A stretch of DNA of 61,188 nt, taken from the NCBI GenBank assembly GCA_045660765.1, contig JAZREK010000067.1:1-61188 (forward strand), given 5' to 3'. Origin of the DNA: Clostridia bacterium. Its GTDB lineage: Bacteria; Bacillota; Clostridia; UMGS1883. Positions 1-9,103 of this stretch are shown here, piece by piece. A program made the translations under genes and the position numbers. The notes under the pieces were generated by a model, which was given only the letters and a program-made list of their open reading frames with translations, had not been told where the DNA came from and made no database searches. The number at the start of each line of letters is the position of its first letter. The stretch's first letter is position 1.

Positions 1-969
1 AAGTGTTTCTTCAATAATAAGGGCAAGGTCAGCCTTTTCCTGTTCATTCTTCGCTTCGTTAAGGTACATAAATACTGTAACGAAAGGTGCCTGACCGTTA
101 GTTGTCATAAGAGTTACAACCTGATACTGAATCATCTGTACACCGTTTTTAACTTCTTCACGAAGTCTCTTTTCAGCAATCTGAGCAATTTTCTCTTCAT
201 CATACTTTTCGCCGATGAGAGCCATCTCTTCTTCAACCTGCTTGCGAATTTTCTGACGGCTGATGTCAACAAAAGGTGCAAGGTGTGTAAGAGAAATACT
301 CTGTCCACCGTACTGACAAGATGCAACCTGCGCAATAATCTGTGTCGAGATATTACAAGCTGTTGAGAAGCTGTGAGGCTTTTCAATCATTGTACCGCTG
401 ATAACTGTGCCGTTCTGAAGCATATCTTCAAGGTTTACAAGGTCACAGTTGTGCATATGCTGTGCAAAGTAGTCAGCATCGTGGAAATGAATAATACCCT
501 GTTCGTGCGCGGCAACGATGTCAGGAGAAAGAAGAATTGTTCTTGTAATATCCTTACTAACTTCGCCTGCCATATAGTCACGCTGAACACTGTTAACGGT
601 AGGATTCTTGTTTGAGTTTTCCTGCTTAACTTCTTCGTTATTGCATTCGATGAGGCTTAAAATCTGTTCGTCAGTTGTATTAGACTTACGAACGAGCGCA
701 CGGTTGTAACGATATGTAATGTATCTGCGAGCTACGTCAAATGCGCGCTGATTCATGATCTGATCCTCGACCATATCCTGAATTTCTTCCACGCTTAATG
801 AACGGTTCATATTTGCAGCCGCACTTTCAACGTCTTCCGCAATACGCTTAATCTGGATTGCACTCATTCTGCTGCTGGGAACTACGCTTTCGTTTGCCTT
901 GGTAACAGCGATGACGATTTTCTCGGCATCAAATGTTACTTCAGCACCACTTCTTTTTATTATTTTCAT
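1..969 (-). CDS. nrdD: Anaerobic ribonucleoside-triphosphate reductase (class III), 5' part; runs off the window start
   Basis: Absent from the ORF track because it is open at the window edge. The reverse strand from ATG at 969 reads MKIIKRSGAEVTFDAEKIVIAVTKAN (ATP-cone); later motifs include NSVQRDYMAGEV, GIIHFHDADY, IAQVASCQYGGQS and GQAPFVT. RBS GGAGGGG. Confidence 0.93.
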   Translation of the reverse strand, partial: MKIIKRSGAEVTFDAEKIVIAVTKANESVVPSSRMSAIQIKRIAEDVESAAANMNRSLSVEEIQDMVEDQIMNQRAFDVARRYITYRYNRALVRKSNTTDEQILSLIECNNEEVKQENSNKNPTVNSVQRDYMAGEVSKDITRTILLSPDIVAAHEQGIIHFHDADYFAQHMHNCDLVNLEDMLQNGTVISGTMIEKPHSFSTACNISTQIIAQVASCQYGGQSISLTHLAPFVDISRQKIRKQVEEEMALIGEKYDEEKIAQIAEKRLREEVKNGVQMIQYQVVTLMTTNGQAPFVTVFMYLNEAKNEQEKADLALIIEETL

Positions 970-1012
970 GGTTTCCCCTCCAAAACATTATTTATCAAAG
1001 TCGTGTACACTA

Positions 1013-1064
1013 ATTATAACAACATATAGTTGCGTTGTCAATACCAAATAACAATATATTGGTG
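1013..1064 (-). promoter_or_regulatory. sigma-A promoter of nrdD overlapped by tandem NrdR boxes
   Basis: Minus strand TTGACA (1036-1041), 17 bp, TATAAT (1013-1018). NrdR-like 16-mers at ~1018-1033 (GCAACTATATGTTGTT) and ~1049-1064 (CACCAATATATTGTTA) are 31 bp apart, the typical NrdR box spacing. Confidence 0.8.
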
Positions 1065-1225
1065 TTTTTTAGTTTTTTGTAAAAAATGCCGGTTTTTGCC
1101 TATATATAGCGGTTTTTGAAGGTTTTTATCCCCTCTTGTAACATAAACTTAACACAAAAAAGCACAATATCTTGTGTCTAAATATAGTACAAGACACTTT
1201 CTGTACATATTTTTTGAAAAATTTA

Positions 1226-1254
1226 TTTACTAATCGCACATTATATAGTATAAT
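1226..1254 (+). promoter_or_regulatory. Putative sigma-A promoter of hpf
   Basis: TTTACT, 17 bp, TATAAT, about 90 bp upstream of the hpf ATG. Confidence 0.55.
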
Positions 1255-1342
1255 AAAGGTAAGAAGAGTGAATCTCTTCAAAACAAAGCCGACAAAGTCG
1301 GTATATATTGTACCTCTTTTCGGCTATTAAGGAGGATCATAT

Positions 1343-1870
1343 ATGAAGACTAACATCTATGCAAGAAAAGTTGAGCTCGGTAATGAAAAGAAGGAAATGC
1401 TCATCAAGAAAATCGACAAGTTGGGCAAGTTCTTCAATGACGAGGCCTCCGCTGACATTGTGGTAAGCGAGCAGAAGGACAAGATGATTGTGGAAGTTAC
1501 AATCCGTACGGCAGATATGATTTACCGCGCGGAAGAGCGCAACGAGGAAGTTTATAATGCTGCAGACGATATTGTAGATTCAATCACACGTCAGATAAGA
1601 AAGAATAAGACACGTCTTGCAAAGCGTCTTCGCGAAGGTGTATCCAAGGAGATTGATTTCTTTTTAGACGTACCCGAACAAGATGATGACGAAATCAAGA
1701 TTGTTAAAACCAAAACTCATCAGGTCAAGCCCATGAGCGCGGAAGAAGCAGTTTTGCAGATGAATCTTCTAGGACATTCTTTCTACATTTTCAAAAATGC
1801 ACAAACAAACACAACAGATATAGTTTATCGTCGCAAGGACGGAAACTACGGACTTATTGAGACGAACTGA
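1343..1870 (+). CDS. hpf: Ribosome hibernation promoting factor (long HPF/RaiA)
   Basis: RQIRKNKTRL and C-terminal KPMSAEEAVLQMNLLGHSFYIF...VYRRKDGNYGLIE; RBS AAGGAGG. Confidence 0.95.
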   Translation: MKTNIYARKVELGNEKKEMLIKKIDKLGKFFNDEASADIVVSEQKDKMIVEVTIRTADMIYRAEERNEEVYNAADDIVDSITRQIRKNKTRLAKRLREGVSKEIDFFLDVPEQDDDEIKIVKTKTHQVKPMSAEEAVLQMNLLGHSFYIFKNAQTNTTDIVYRRKDGNYGLIETN

Positions 1871-2433
1871 TGATAAATATAAAGGAAGCAATTATTGTCG
1901 AGGGAAAATACGACAAGATGCGACTTGAACGCATCTGCTCCTCGCCCATTTTTACGACAGAGGGCTTTCGTGTTTTTAACGACAAGGAAAAGCGCGCATT
2001 TCTTAAAAGACTTGCAAAAGAGCGCGGAATACTGATTCTTACCGATTCGGACAGGGCCGGTTTTATGATTCGCAATCATATAAAGTCATTTATTGATAAT
2101 GGCGAAATAAAGCAAGCGTACATCCCTGAAATATTTGGTAAGGAAAAGAGAAAGAGCACCTCTTCAAAAGAGGGCAAGCTTGGTGTTGAAGGTATATCTG
2201 AAGAAGTACTTTCCGAGATACTTTCAAAATACGCAAGCAATGAAATGCGTACAGATAAAATAACGAAAACAGATTTATACGATGCAGGCTTGTACGGCGG
2301 CGCACAAAGTGCCGCCGCACGTGCATCTTTGTGCAAAAGCCTGGATATTCCCACAGGTATTTCCACAAATGCGCTTGTGGATGCACTGAACGCACTTATA
2401 ACAAAGGAAGAATTTTTATGCATGACAACGTAA
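1870..2433 (+). CDS. rnmV: Ribonuclease M5-like (Toprim + DUF4093)
   Basis: IIVEGKYD, ILTDSDRAG and LGVEG motifs. Confidence 0.85.
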   Translation: MINIKEAIIVEGKYDKMRLERICSSPIFTTEGFRVFNDKEKRAFLKRLAKERGILILTDSDRAGFMIRNHIKSFIDNGEIKQAYIPEIFGKEKRKSTSSKEGKLGVEGISEEVLSEILSKYASNEMRTDKITKTDLYDAGLYGGAQSAAARASLCKSLDIPTGISTNALVDALNALITKEEFLCMTT

Positions 2434-3116
2434 CACCAGAGCTTCATAAAAAACACAGAGACCGCGTGAAAGACAAATTCCTGAAAGAGGGATTTGATGC
2501 ATTCACCGATTACGAGGTGCTCGAATTGGTGCTTTATTACTCAATTCCCCAAGGCGACGTAAATCCGATTGCACATATGTTGCTTGACAAATTCAAAACA
2601 CCAAGCGCAGTATTTAATGCATCCATTGAACAGCTTTGCGAGGTTAAAGGGGTTAAAAAGCATACCGCAACGCTTATCAAAATGATTCCCGCGCTGGCAG
2701 GTTACTACACATCGCTTTCAGCGAGGGAAAAGAAATTTATACAGACTTCGCAGGATGCAGGACAATTTGTATGCAGTATGATAGGTTGCGAAAAGCACGA
2801 GGTCTTTGCGATAATATGCCTTGACACACAACGGCGCGTTCTTGCTTTTGAAATTCTTGACGAGGGGACTGTATCGCAGGCAAACGTTCATCCAAGGAAG
2901 GTTGTGGCGTGTGCGCTGAAGCATAACGCGTCGGCAGTTATACTTGCCCACAATCATCCGTCATCGGGAGCATATGCTTCGGAGAACGACAGGGTTCTGA
3001 CTTCGCAGCTTTGTAATATTTTAGAAGGAATGGATATTGAAGTAATTGACCATATTATTTCCGTATCCACCGAAAAATTTGTAAGTATGGCAGACAGTGG
3101 TCTTATGCCAAATTGA
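2418..3116 (+). CDS. radC: RadC family protein (HhH + JAB domain)
   Basis: HRDRVK, ELVLYYSIP, VILAHNHPS and IDHII motifs; start reassigned to ATG 2418. Confidence 0.9.
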   Translation: MHDNVTPELHKKHRDRVKDKFLKEGFDAFTDYEVLELVLYYSIPQGDVNPIAHMLLDKFKTPSAVFNASIEQLCEVKGVKKHTATLIKMIPALAGYYTSLSAREKKFIQTSQDAGQFVCSMIGCEKHEVFAIICLDTQRRVLAFEILDEGTVSQANVHPRKVVACALKHNASAVILAHNHPSSGAYASENDRVLTSQLCNILEGMDIEVIDHIISVSTEKFVSMADSGLMPN

Positions 3117-3130
3117 AAGGATTGATAAAA

Positions 3131-3565
3131 ATGACAATTGAGCAGTTGCAAAAAGACATGATTGCCGCTATGAAATCAGGCGAAAAGGTAAAAAAGAACG
3201 TTATCTCTTCTCTTATCGCGGCAGTAAAAAAGTATGCTATTGACAACGGCACACGCGACAACATCACAGAAGAAATTACAGATATGGTAATTCTGAAGGA
3301 ACTTAAATCAGCAAAAGAGCAGCTTGATACCTGCCCGGCTGAAAGAGAAGACCTTATCGCAGAATACACAACAAACTACGAAATCATCAAGGAATACGCA
3401 CCTGCGCAGATGGGCGAAGAAGAAATCAAAGCGCTTCTCCTTGAAAAATACGCTGACGTTATTGCTACCAAGAATAAGGGTATGATAATGAAAACCGTTA
3501 TGGCAGAACTCAAGGGCAAGGCTGATGGTAAGGTAATCAACAAGGTTGTAGCTGACCTTTGCTAA
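3131..3565 (+). CDS. yqeY: GatB/YqeY domain protein
   Basis: LQKDMIAAMKSG...GMIMKTVMAELKGKADGKVIN. Confidence 0.85.
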   Translation: MTIEQLQKDMIAAMKSGEKVKKNVISSLIAAVKKYAIDNGTRDNITEEITDMVILKELKSAKEQLDTCPAEREDLIAEYTTNYEIIKEYAPAQMGEEEIKALLLEKYADVIATKNKGMIMKTVMAELKGKADGKVINKVVADLC

Positions 3566-3708
3566 AAAGAAGCGTGCCGCTTCACCCACTTCGCGTTCCA
3601 ACCCAATTATAACTGACAAAGGTTGCGCGCGATAAACACTCACAAATTCCTATACGGCAAAAAATACTGCAGCAAGGAATTGCTGCAGTTAATTTATAAG
3701 GTGAAATT

Positions 3709-4398
3709 ATGTTAAATATAGAAAAATCACTCACTCCCCGACTTCGTATGATTGCAAGTCTCGTGCCGAAGTGCAAGTCGCTTTGTGATATTGGTACCGA
3801 CCACGCGTATGTTGCAATTTATCTTGCGAAGAAGGGCATAGCTGACAAAATAATAGCCGCCGACATAAAAAAAGGGCCTCTTGCACAAGCCGATAATAAT
3901 ATTGCTCTTTTCGAGGTTTCGGACAAGATTGAAACCCGTCTTTCAAATGGTTTTGAAAAGATTTCCGACGGCGAGGTTGAATGTGCTATAATTGCCGGAA
4001 TGGGTGGAGAAACTATTGCCGAAATCCTTGAAAATGAAAAAGGATGCAAATATTTCGTACTGCAGATGCAGACTGCACACAAACATTTGCGCGAATATCT
4101 TTCATCACACGGATACGTAATCTGTGACGAGGCAGTATGCAAGGAAGAGCGTAAAATGTATACGGCTATGCTTGTTATGCGCGGAGAGGGGCAAAACCTT
4201 TCTGAAGTTGAAAAGGAAATCGGTCCCGTCTTAATAAAAAAGAAAGAACCACTCTTTTTCGATTATGTTCGGTACAGACTTTACGAAATCAACACAGTCC
4301 TTGAAAATATGAAGGATAGTACAAGTGAAAAGAAAAGCTATTTTCTTCACCTTAAGGATGAGTATGAGAAACTTTTAAAGGAGGAGCACAATGGTTAA
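3709..4398 (+). CDS. trmK: tRNA (adenine(22)-N1)-methyltransferase
   Basis: DIGTDHAY, GPL and IAGMGG motifs; usual synteny with nif3. Confidence 0.92.
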   Translation: MLNIEKSLTPRLRMIASLVPKCKSLCDIGTDHAYVAIYLAKKGIADKIIAADIKKGPLAQADNNIALFEVSDKIETRLSNGFEKISDGEVECAIIAGMGGETIAEILENEKGCKYFVLQMQTAHKHLREYLSSHGYVICDEAVCKEERKMYTAMLVMRGEGQNLSEVEKEIGPVLIKKKEPLFFDYVRYRLYEINTVLENMKDSTSEKKSYFLHLKDEYEKLLKEEHNG

Positions 4399-5179
4399 GC
4401 TTTCCGAAATAACAGATTTAATTGAAAACAAATTCCCTCCCGAATTTGCGGAGGATTTTGATAATATCGGGCTTCTTGTCGGCAGGCGCGATAAAGAGGT
4501 TTCAACAGTTATTTTGTGCCTTGACGCAAACAAGTTCGTGGTGCAGGAAGCGATTGACAAAGGTGCAGAGCTTATAATCACTCATCATCCCGTTATATTT
4601 AATCCGATAAAAAATGTAAACGATGATACCGATGCAGGCGAAATGCTTGTTTCTGCTCTTGAAAACGGAATTTCCATATACAGCGCGCACACAAACTTTG
4701 ACAGCGCGCCCGGTGGACTTACCGATACTGTTTGTCAGATGCTTGACCTCTCCCCGATTTCAAATCTTGAAGGGAATTTAGGAAGACTTTGCAAAACGGA
4801 AAAAGGCACTACTGCAAAATCTCTTTGTGACAGGATAAAAAAAGAGTTTGGTATTGAAAAACTTTTCTCAACATTTACTACAGATAAAGAAATCAATACA
4901 GTTGCAGTTTGCAACGGCGGTGGTGGCGGAGAGCTTGTCGATATCGCAAAATCTCTCGGTGCAGATGTTTATATTTCGGGCGACCTTAAGCACCACGAAA
5001 TGGGCGCACTTAAAATTGATGACACAACTGATTTTATCGAGATGCGCCATTTTGACAGCGAGAAGATTGCGCCGTATATAATTAAGGAAGCTTTGTTAAA
5101 AGCGTTTGGCAAAAATCTTGAGATGATTGTGAGTCAGGCGGAGGTATCTCCTCTTATTGACACGGATAATATTTTATGA
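4391..5179 (+). CDS. Nif3-like dinuclear metal center protein
   Basis: DNIGLLVG, IITHHP, HTNFD, GDLKHH and HFDSE motifs. Confidence 0.92.
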   Translation: MVKLSEITDLIENKFPPEFAEDFDNIGLLVGRRDKEVSTVILCLDANKFVVQEAIDKGAELIITHHPVIFNPIKNVNDDTDAGEMLVSALENGISIYSAHTNFDSAPGGLTDTVCQMLDLSPISNLEGNLGRLCKTEKGTTAKSLCDRIKKEFGIEKLFSTFTTDKEINTVAVCNGGGGGELVDIAKSLGADVYISGDLKHHEMGALKIDDTTDFIEMRHFDSEKIAPYIIKEALLKAFGKNLEMIVSQAEVSPLIDTDNIL

Positions 5180-5194
5180 TAAACTAACCAACAT

Positions 5195-5527
5195 TGAGTA
5201 ATCTGAACGGTCGCGGCAGTATTTATACTGATGAGGAAAGTCCGAGCTTCATAGGACAGGATGCCGGAGAAATCCCGGTGGAGGCGACTTTAAGGAAAGT
5301 GCAACAGAAATAAACCGCCTGCTTTTGCAGGTAAGGGTGGAAAGGCGGGGTAAGAGCCCACCGACATTGCGGTAACGCTTTGTGCCATGTAAACCCCATC
5401 CGAAGCAACGTCGACAGGATTGGTTGGTCCGACCTATAATCCGAAGGACGGCTGGAGCCATATAGAGATATATGGCGTAGATAGATGACCGTTTTAAATG
5501 ACAGAACTCGGCTTACAGGATTACTCA
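5195..5527 (+). ncRNA. rnpB: RNase P RNA (type A)
   Basis: GAGGAAAGTCCGAGCT, AAGTGCAACAGAAA and ACAGAACTCGGCTTAC; the ends TGAGTAATC and GATTACTCA pair as P1. Confidence 0.97.
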
Positions 5528-5530
5528 TAC

Positions 5531-5563
5531 AAAAAAGGAATGTGCTTTGCACATTCCTTTTTT
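5531..5563. terminator. Bidirectional intrinsic terminator
   Basis: AAAAAAGGAATGTGC-TTT-GCACATTCCTTTTTT between convergent rnpB and the next CDS. Confidence 0.85.
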
Positions 5564-5587
5564 AGTATTTGAAAACAAGCTATAACT

Positions 5588-6946
5588 TTATTTCTTTGTG
5601 ACAGTTGCCTCTTTAACCAGCGGATTTACATGATCACTTTCAATTGTGATATTGTAATCTCCATATGAAAACTTATAAAAACATAGAGGGTAGAATTCAT
5701 TTTCTAAATCATTTACAAACTCGTATTCACCAAGAATATTTTTCAGTTCTTCAATTGTATAAGTTATCTTATCCGGGGTTTTTAACCATTCACTTAAATT
5801 TAGAAGGATATGACTGCAAGTCACATTTTGAGGCACATCATCATTTATGTCATAATTGTAGTTGTCGTGGTCATAAAACAAAAGTGACTTCAAGGCATCA
5901 TGTCTGTAGTATTTACCGCCAAGCCAATATTCAGCCCCAACTATTTCGCCATATATTCTTGTATTCTCTTCTTTTGTTTTGCCGATACAATTGAGTAAAT
6001 CGAGACCTTCATATCCGCTTTCTAAAGGAATAATAATAACTGTTTGGGTATCCGCATTCCAATCCACAGTAAAGCCGAAACTTTCTGCCACAAACCTTAT
6101 CGGCATAAGAGTTCTTCCGTTTATAATCTGCGGTGCAACATCTAAGTTCTTTTCTATTCCGTCTAAATATGCGACATTGCTGTCTATTGTAAGTTTAATA
6201 GTTTTACCACTATATTTTAGCTCGGTAGTTCTGGTCAATTCATCCCATGCAACACTTCCCCCCATCATCTCAACAACGGCTCTTATCGGGACAAGCGTAC
6301 GACCATTCTGGATAACAGGTTCCTGATCAAATTCGACTTTGCAGCCGTTTAATATAACGCCCACACTTTCAGGTATGAACTGAGATATATCCATGCTTGC
6401 GGATCCTTCTCCATCGGCTCCACTCCAATAGTGAATGTTTAATACATTTCCCACAATCTTCAGTTCATCTACCCAGCTATAATCAGGATTATCCTCTCGG
6501 TATAATTCATTTCCGTTCTTATCAATGACTACTAAATCCGGTCCATAAAAACCGCTTATGTAAACATTACCATAACCGTCAAATTCAAGGCAGTTTCCTG
6601 CTCCGACATCACTTATCGTCCACTTGATATATCCACTGTTTATATCAAGTGCGTACAACACATGATTTACAGCAACATAAACTGTGTCACTATTTATGTA
6701 AATATTCGATATTGTCTCAACTTCCGGATTTATTGAAGCTGTTTCGGTAGTATAACTCCACAAAAATGCGCCATCTTTATATGCCTTGATTTCCCCATGA
6801 CATTCAATTACCAGTCCGTCATATAAGTTTGCATCTTCAATTATCTCATATCTGACATCGATCGCTTGCTCATTAGCATTAACAGTTATAAACAAAGACA
6901 TAGCCGCAGATAACAATAAGCAAACTGATAAGATCACTTTTTTCAC
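5588..6946 (-). CDS. Secreted protein: beta-propeller-like N-terminus + copper amine oxidase N-terminal (stalk) domain
   Basis: Signal peptide; LYALDINSGYIKW (PQQ-like repeat); PVIQNGRTLVPIRAV and PQIINGRTLMPIRFVAESFG stalk motifs. Confidence 0.7.
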   Translation of the reverse strand: MKKVILSVCLLLSAAMSLFITVNANEQAIDVRYEIIEDANLYDGLVIECHGEIKAYKDGAFLWSYTTETASINPEVETISNIYINSDTVYVAVNHVLYALDINSGYIKWTISDVGAGNCLEFDGYGNVYISGFYGPDLVVIDKNGNELYREDNPDYSWVDELKIVGNVLNIHYWSGADGEGSASMDISQFIPESVGVILNGCKVEFDQEPVIQNGRTLVPIRAVVEMMGGSVAWDELTRTTELKYSGKTIKLTIDSNVAYLDGIEKNLDVAPQIINGRTLMPIRFVAESFGFTVDWNADTQTVIIIPLESGYEGLDLLNCIGKTKEENTRIYGEIVGAEYWLGGKYYRHDALKSLLFYDHDNYNYDINDDVPQNVTCSHILLNLSEWLKTPDKITYTIEELKNILGEYEFVNDLENEFYPLCFYKFSYGDYNITIESDHVNPLVKEATVTKK

Positions 6947-6968
6947 AAATTAACCCTCCTACAATATT

Positions 6969-7907
6969 TTATATCAAACCAAGTTGTTTCAGTATAAACA
7001 CCCACAAGAATACTGTTATGATGCAAAAAGCGGTGCAAAATGCGACAATCTGCGCCGCAAGGTCGCCGTCTCCACCCATTTCAAGTGCCATAGGATATGA
7101 AGACACTGCCGTGGGAGAAGCAAACGCCGCGATAAGAAGTGCCATATCGCCTTCCCTCATTCCCATAAGTGCAGCAACTGTAAATCCGACAAGGGGCATT
7201 ACTATAAGTTTTCCCGATATTGCGGCTATAAGCTGTTTAAGATTTCCCTTTATTGTGCTGAAATTAACAGATGCACCTAAAAGAATAAGCGCAAGAGGTG
7301 TTCCGATTTTGGCAACATCCCCAATTGCGTTTTCTATTATAGTCGGAAGTTTGATTCTCGTTACAAGCACAACAATACCTATTGCAGATGCAATTATAAG
7401 AGGATTTTTTATAATGCCTTTTAATATTTTTTTGATGCTGGGTTTTCCGCCACGGAACACTTCAAGAGCCACTACTGCAAAAACATTGAGAACAGGAACA
7501 ACAATCGCCACAGCTATTGCTACCTTACCCAATATTTCGTCACCGCAAATAAGTGTGCAGATTGGAAGTCCGAAAATAACAAAGTTACTGCGGCACGCCC
7601 CCTGTACCATAACACCGCGTTTTTTATTATCTTTTTCAAAAAGCATCACATAAAGAACCGATGCAATATTCATAAAGATAATTATCGCCACGATGTAAAG
7701 AGCCGTTTTTATATCCTTTACATCTTCTACTGACGATTTATATATATTATTGAATATCATAGCCGGAAGGAACACTCTGAAAACCGCGGCATTCATTTTT
7801 TTAACCGTGGGGGTATCAAAAATATGTACCCTCAGCAAAAATCCGCCGAGGAGCATCAGTATCAGAAGGGGTGCTACGACATTAAATGATACTATTAAGT
7901 TAGCCAT
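6969..7907 (-). CDS. AEC (auxin efflux carrier/malate permease) family transporter
   Basis: About 10 TM segments; RSNFVIFGLP, KNPLIIAS and SPTAVSSY motifs. Confidence 0.88.
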   Translation of the reverse strand: MANLIVSFNVVAPLLILMLLGGFLLRVHIFDTPTVKKMNAAVFRVFLPAMIFNNIYKSSVEDVKDIKTALYIVAIIIFMNIASVLYVMLFEKDNKKRGVMVQGACRSNFVIFGLPICTLICGDEILGKVAIAVAIVVPVLNVFAVVALEVFRGGKPSIKKILKGIIKNPLIIASAIGIVVLVTRIKLPTIIENAIGDVAKIGTPLALILLGASVNFSTIKGNLKQLIAAISGKLIVMPLVGFTVAALMGMREGDMALLIAAFASPTAVSSYPMALEMGGDGDLAAQIVAFCTAFCIITVFLWVFILKQLGLI

Positions 7908-9100
7908 TATTTTTCACCTACTACAATATGAATATATCCATCTGTTACCATGGTTATATTCCCCTTTTCGTCTGTACGATGTATCTTTATCCCGTGATTT
8001 TCCAGGCGATTTAATACAAGTTTGTTAGGATATCCGTATTCATTATCCTTGCCGACAGATATTATGGCATCGCGCGGTTGCAGTGTTTTAAGAAAACCTG
8101 AAGAAGTTGAAGTGAAGCTTCCGTGATGACCTACTTTCAAAACATCTGTTTTTAAATCTTTTTCATTTTCCCGGATTTCGCGTTCTGCGTCTGATTCCGC
8201 ATCGCCACAAAGCACAGCACTTACTTTATTATACACAATTTTAAGCACTACCGAATAGTTATTCATTCGCATATACGGTCTGTTTTCAGGAGAAAGAACC
8301 CTGACATTACAAGAAGAAACGGGGATCGTATCTCCCTGTGATACAAGATTGATTTCAATCTCCTTATTTTTAATAGCATTTATCAAATCGTCAAAAGATT
8401 TAGTGTCATGAATAACGTTTGAGGTATAAAACTCCCCAATTGTAAATTTGTTTATTATATAATCCAATCCGCCTATATGGTCGCTGTGAGGATGGGTAGC
8501 AACCACATAATCGATATGAGAGTATCCCTTTTCCCTTATAAAGTTTTCAAGGGTTTTTCCGAAAGAGCCTTCACCCGCATCTATGAGCATACACTTTCCA
8601 TCAGTAAGCTCAATAAAAGTGCTCTCTGCCTGACCACAATCAAGAAAATGAACCTTCATCAGCGGTCTTTTTGAGCTGATGCTTGCAATACGGTCCTTTC
8701 CTCTCCATATCACGCTGCAATCAAGACTGTCCGCAACAATTTTCAGAGAAACCATAACAACGCCTTCCCTGACAACAGGTTCAAGATTAAAAGGCAGTTC
8801 TTGTCCATCTTTTATGACTACAGATTTTTCAAGGTCTATAACCACGGTTTTATCGTTATACAGGCACGTTGCTTTTATCTTTTCTTCATCCCATGAAACA
8901 CTTGCGCCCAAACTTTCAAAGACCTCATCCATAGGCACGAACGCCATATCCTCGACAAAAGTCGCCTTCGTGGATGTTTTAAGTTCTTCTCCGTTAATTA
9001 AGATTGTGATATCCTTTGCGGCAAAAGCCACAAAAGACAGTGAAAAGGCAATTACGGCAACTAAAATTATACTTGCCGTAATTTTGATATTAAGTTTCAT
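7907..9100 (-). CDS. Secreted stalk-domain + ComEC/Rec2-like metallo-beta-lactamase fold hydrolase
   Basis: Signal peptide, stalk domain, then VHFLDCGQ, LIDAG, THPHSDHIGG and KVGHHGS. Confidence 0.85.
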   Translation of the reverse strand: MKLNIKITASIILVAVIAFSLSFVAFAAKDITILINGEELKTSTKATFVEDMAFVPMDEVFESLGASVSWDEEKIKATCLYNDKTVVIDLEKSVVIKDGQELPFNLEPVVREGVVMVSLKIVADSLDCSVIWRGKDRIASISSKRPLMKVHFLDCGQAESTFIELTDGKCMLIDAGEGSFGKTLENFIREKGYSHIDYVVATHPHSDHIGGLDYIINKFTIGEFYTSNVIHDTKSFDDLINAIKNKEIEINLVSQGDTIPVSSCNVRVLSPENRPYMRMNNYSVVLKIVYNKVSAVLCGDAESDAEREIRENEKDLKTDVLKVGHHGSFTSTSSGFLKTLQPRDAIISVGKDNEYGYPNKLVLNRLENHGIKIHRTDEKGNITMVTDGYIHIVVGEK

Positions 9101-9103
9101 ATT

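Noticed and set aside
132-615. Short ORFs 132..386(-) and 373..615(+)
   Set aside because: Alternative-frame or antisense shadows of nrdD.
1200-1342. raiA motif RNA upstream of hpf/raiA
   Set aside because: The leader is only ~85 nt from the promoter, too short for the ~200-nt raiA motif, and I could not recognise its features.
5223-5552. ORFs 5223..5552(-) and 5249..5461(-)
   Set aside because: Antisense to RNase P RNA; typical spurious calls.
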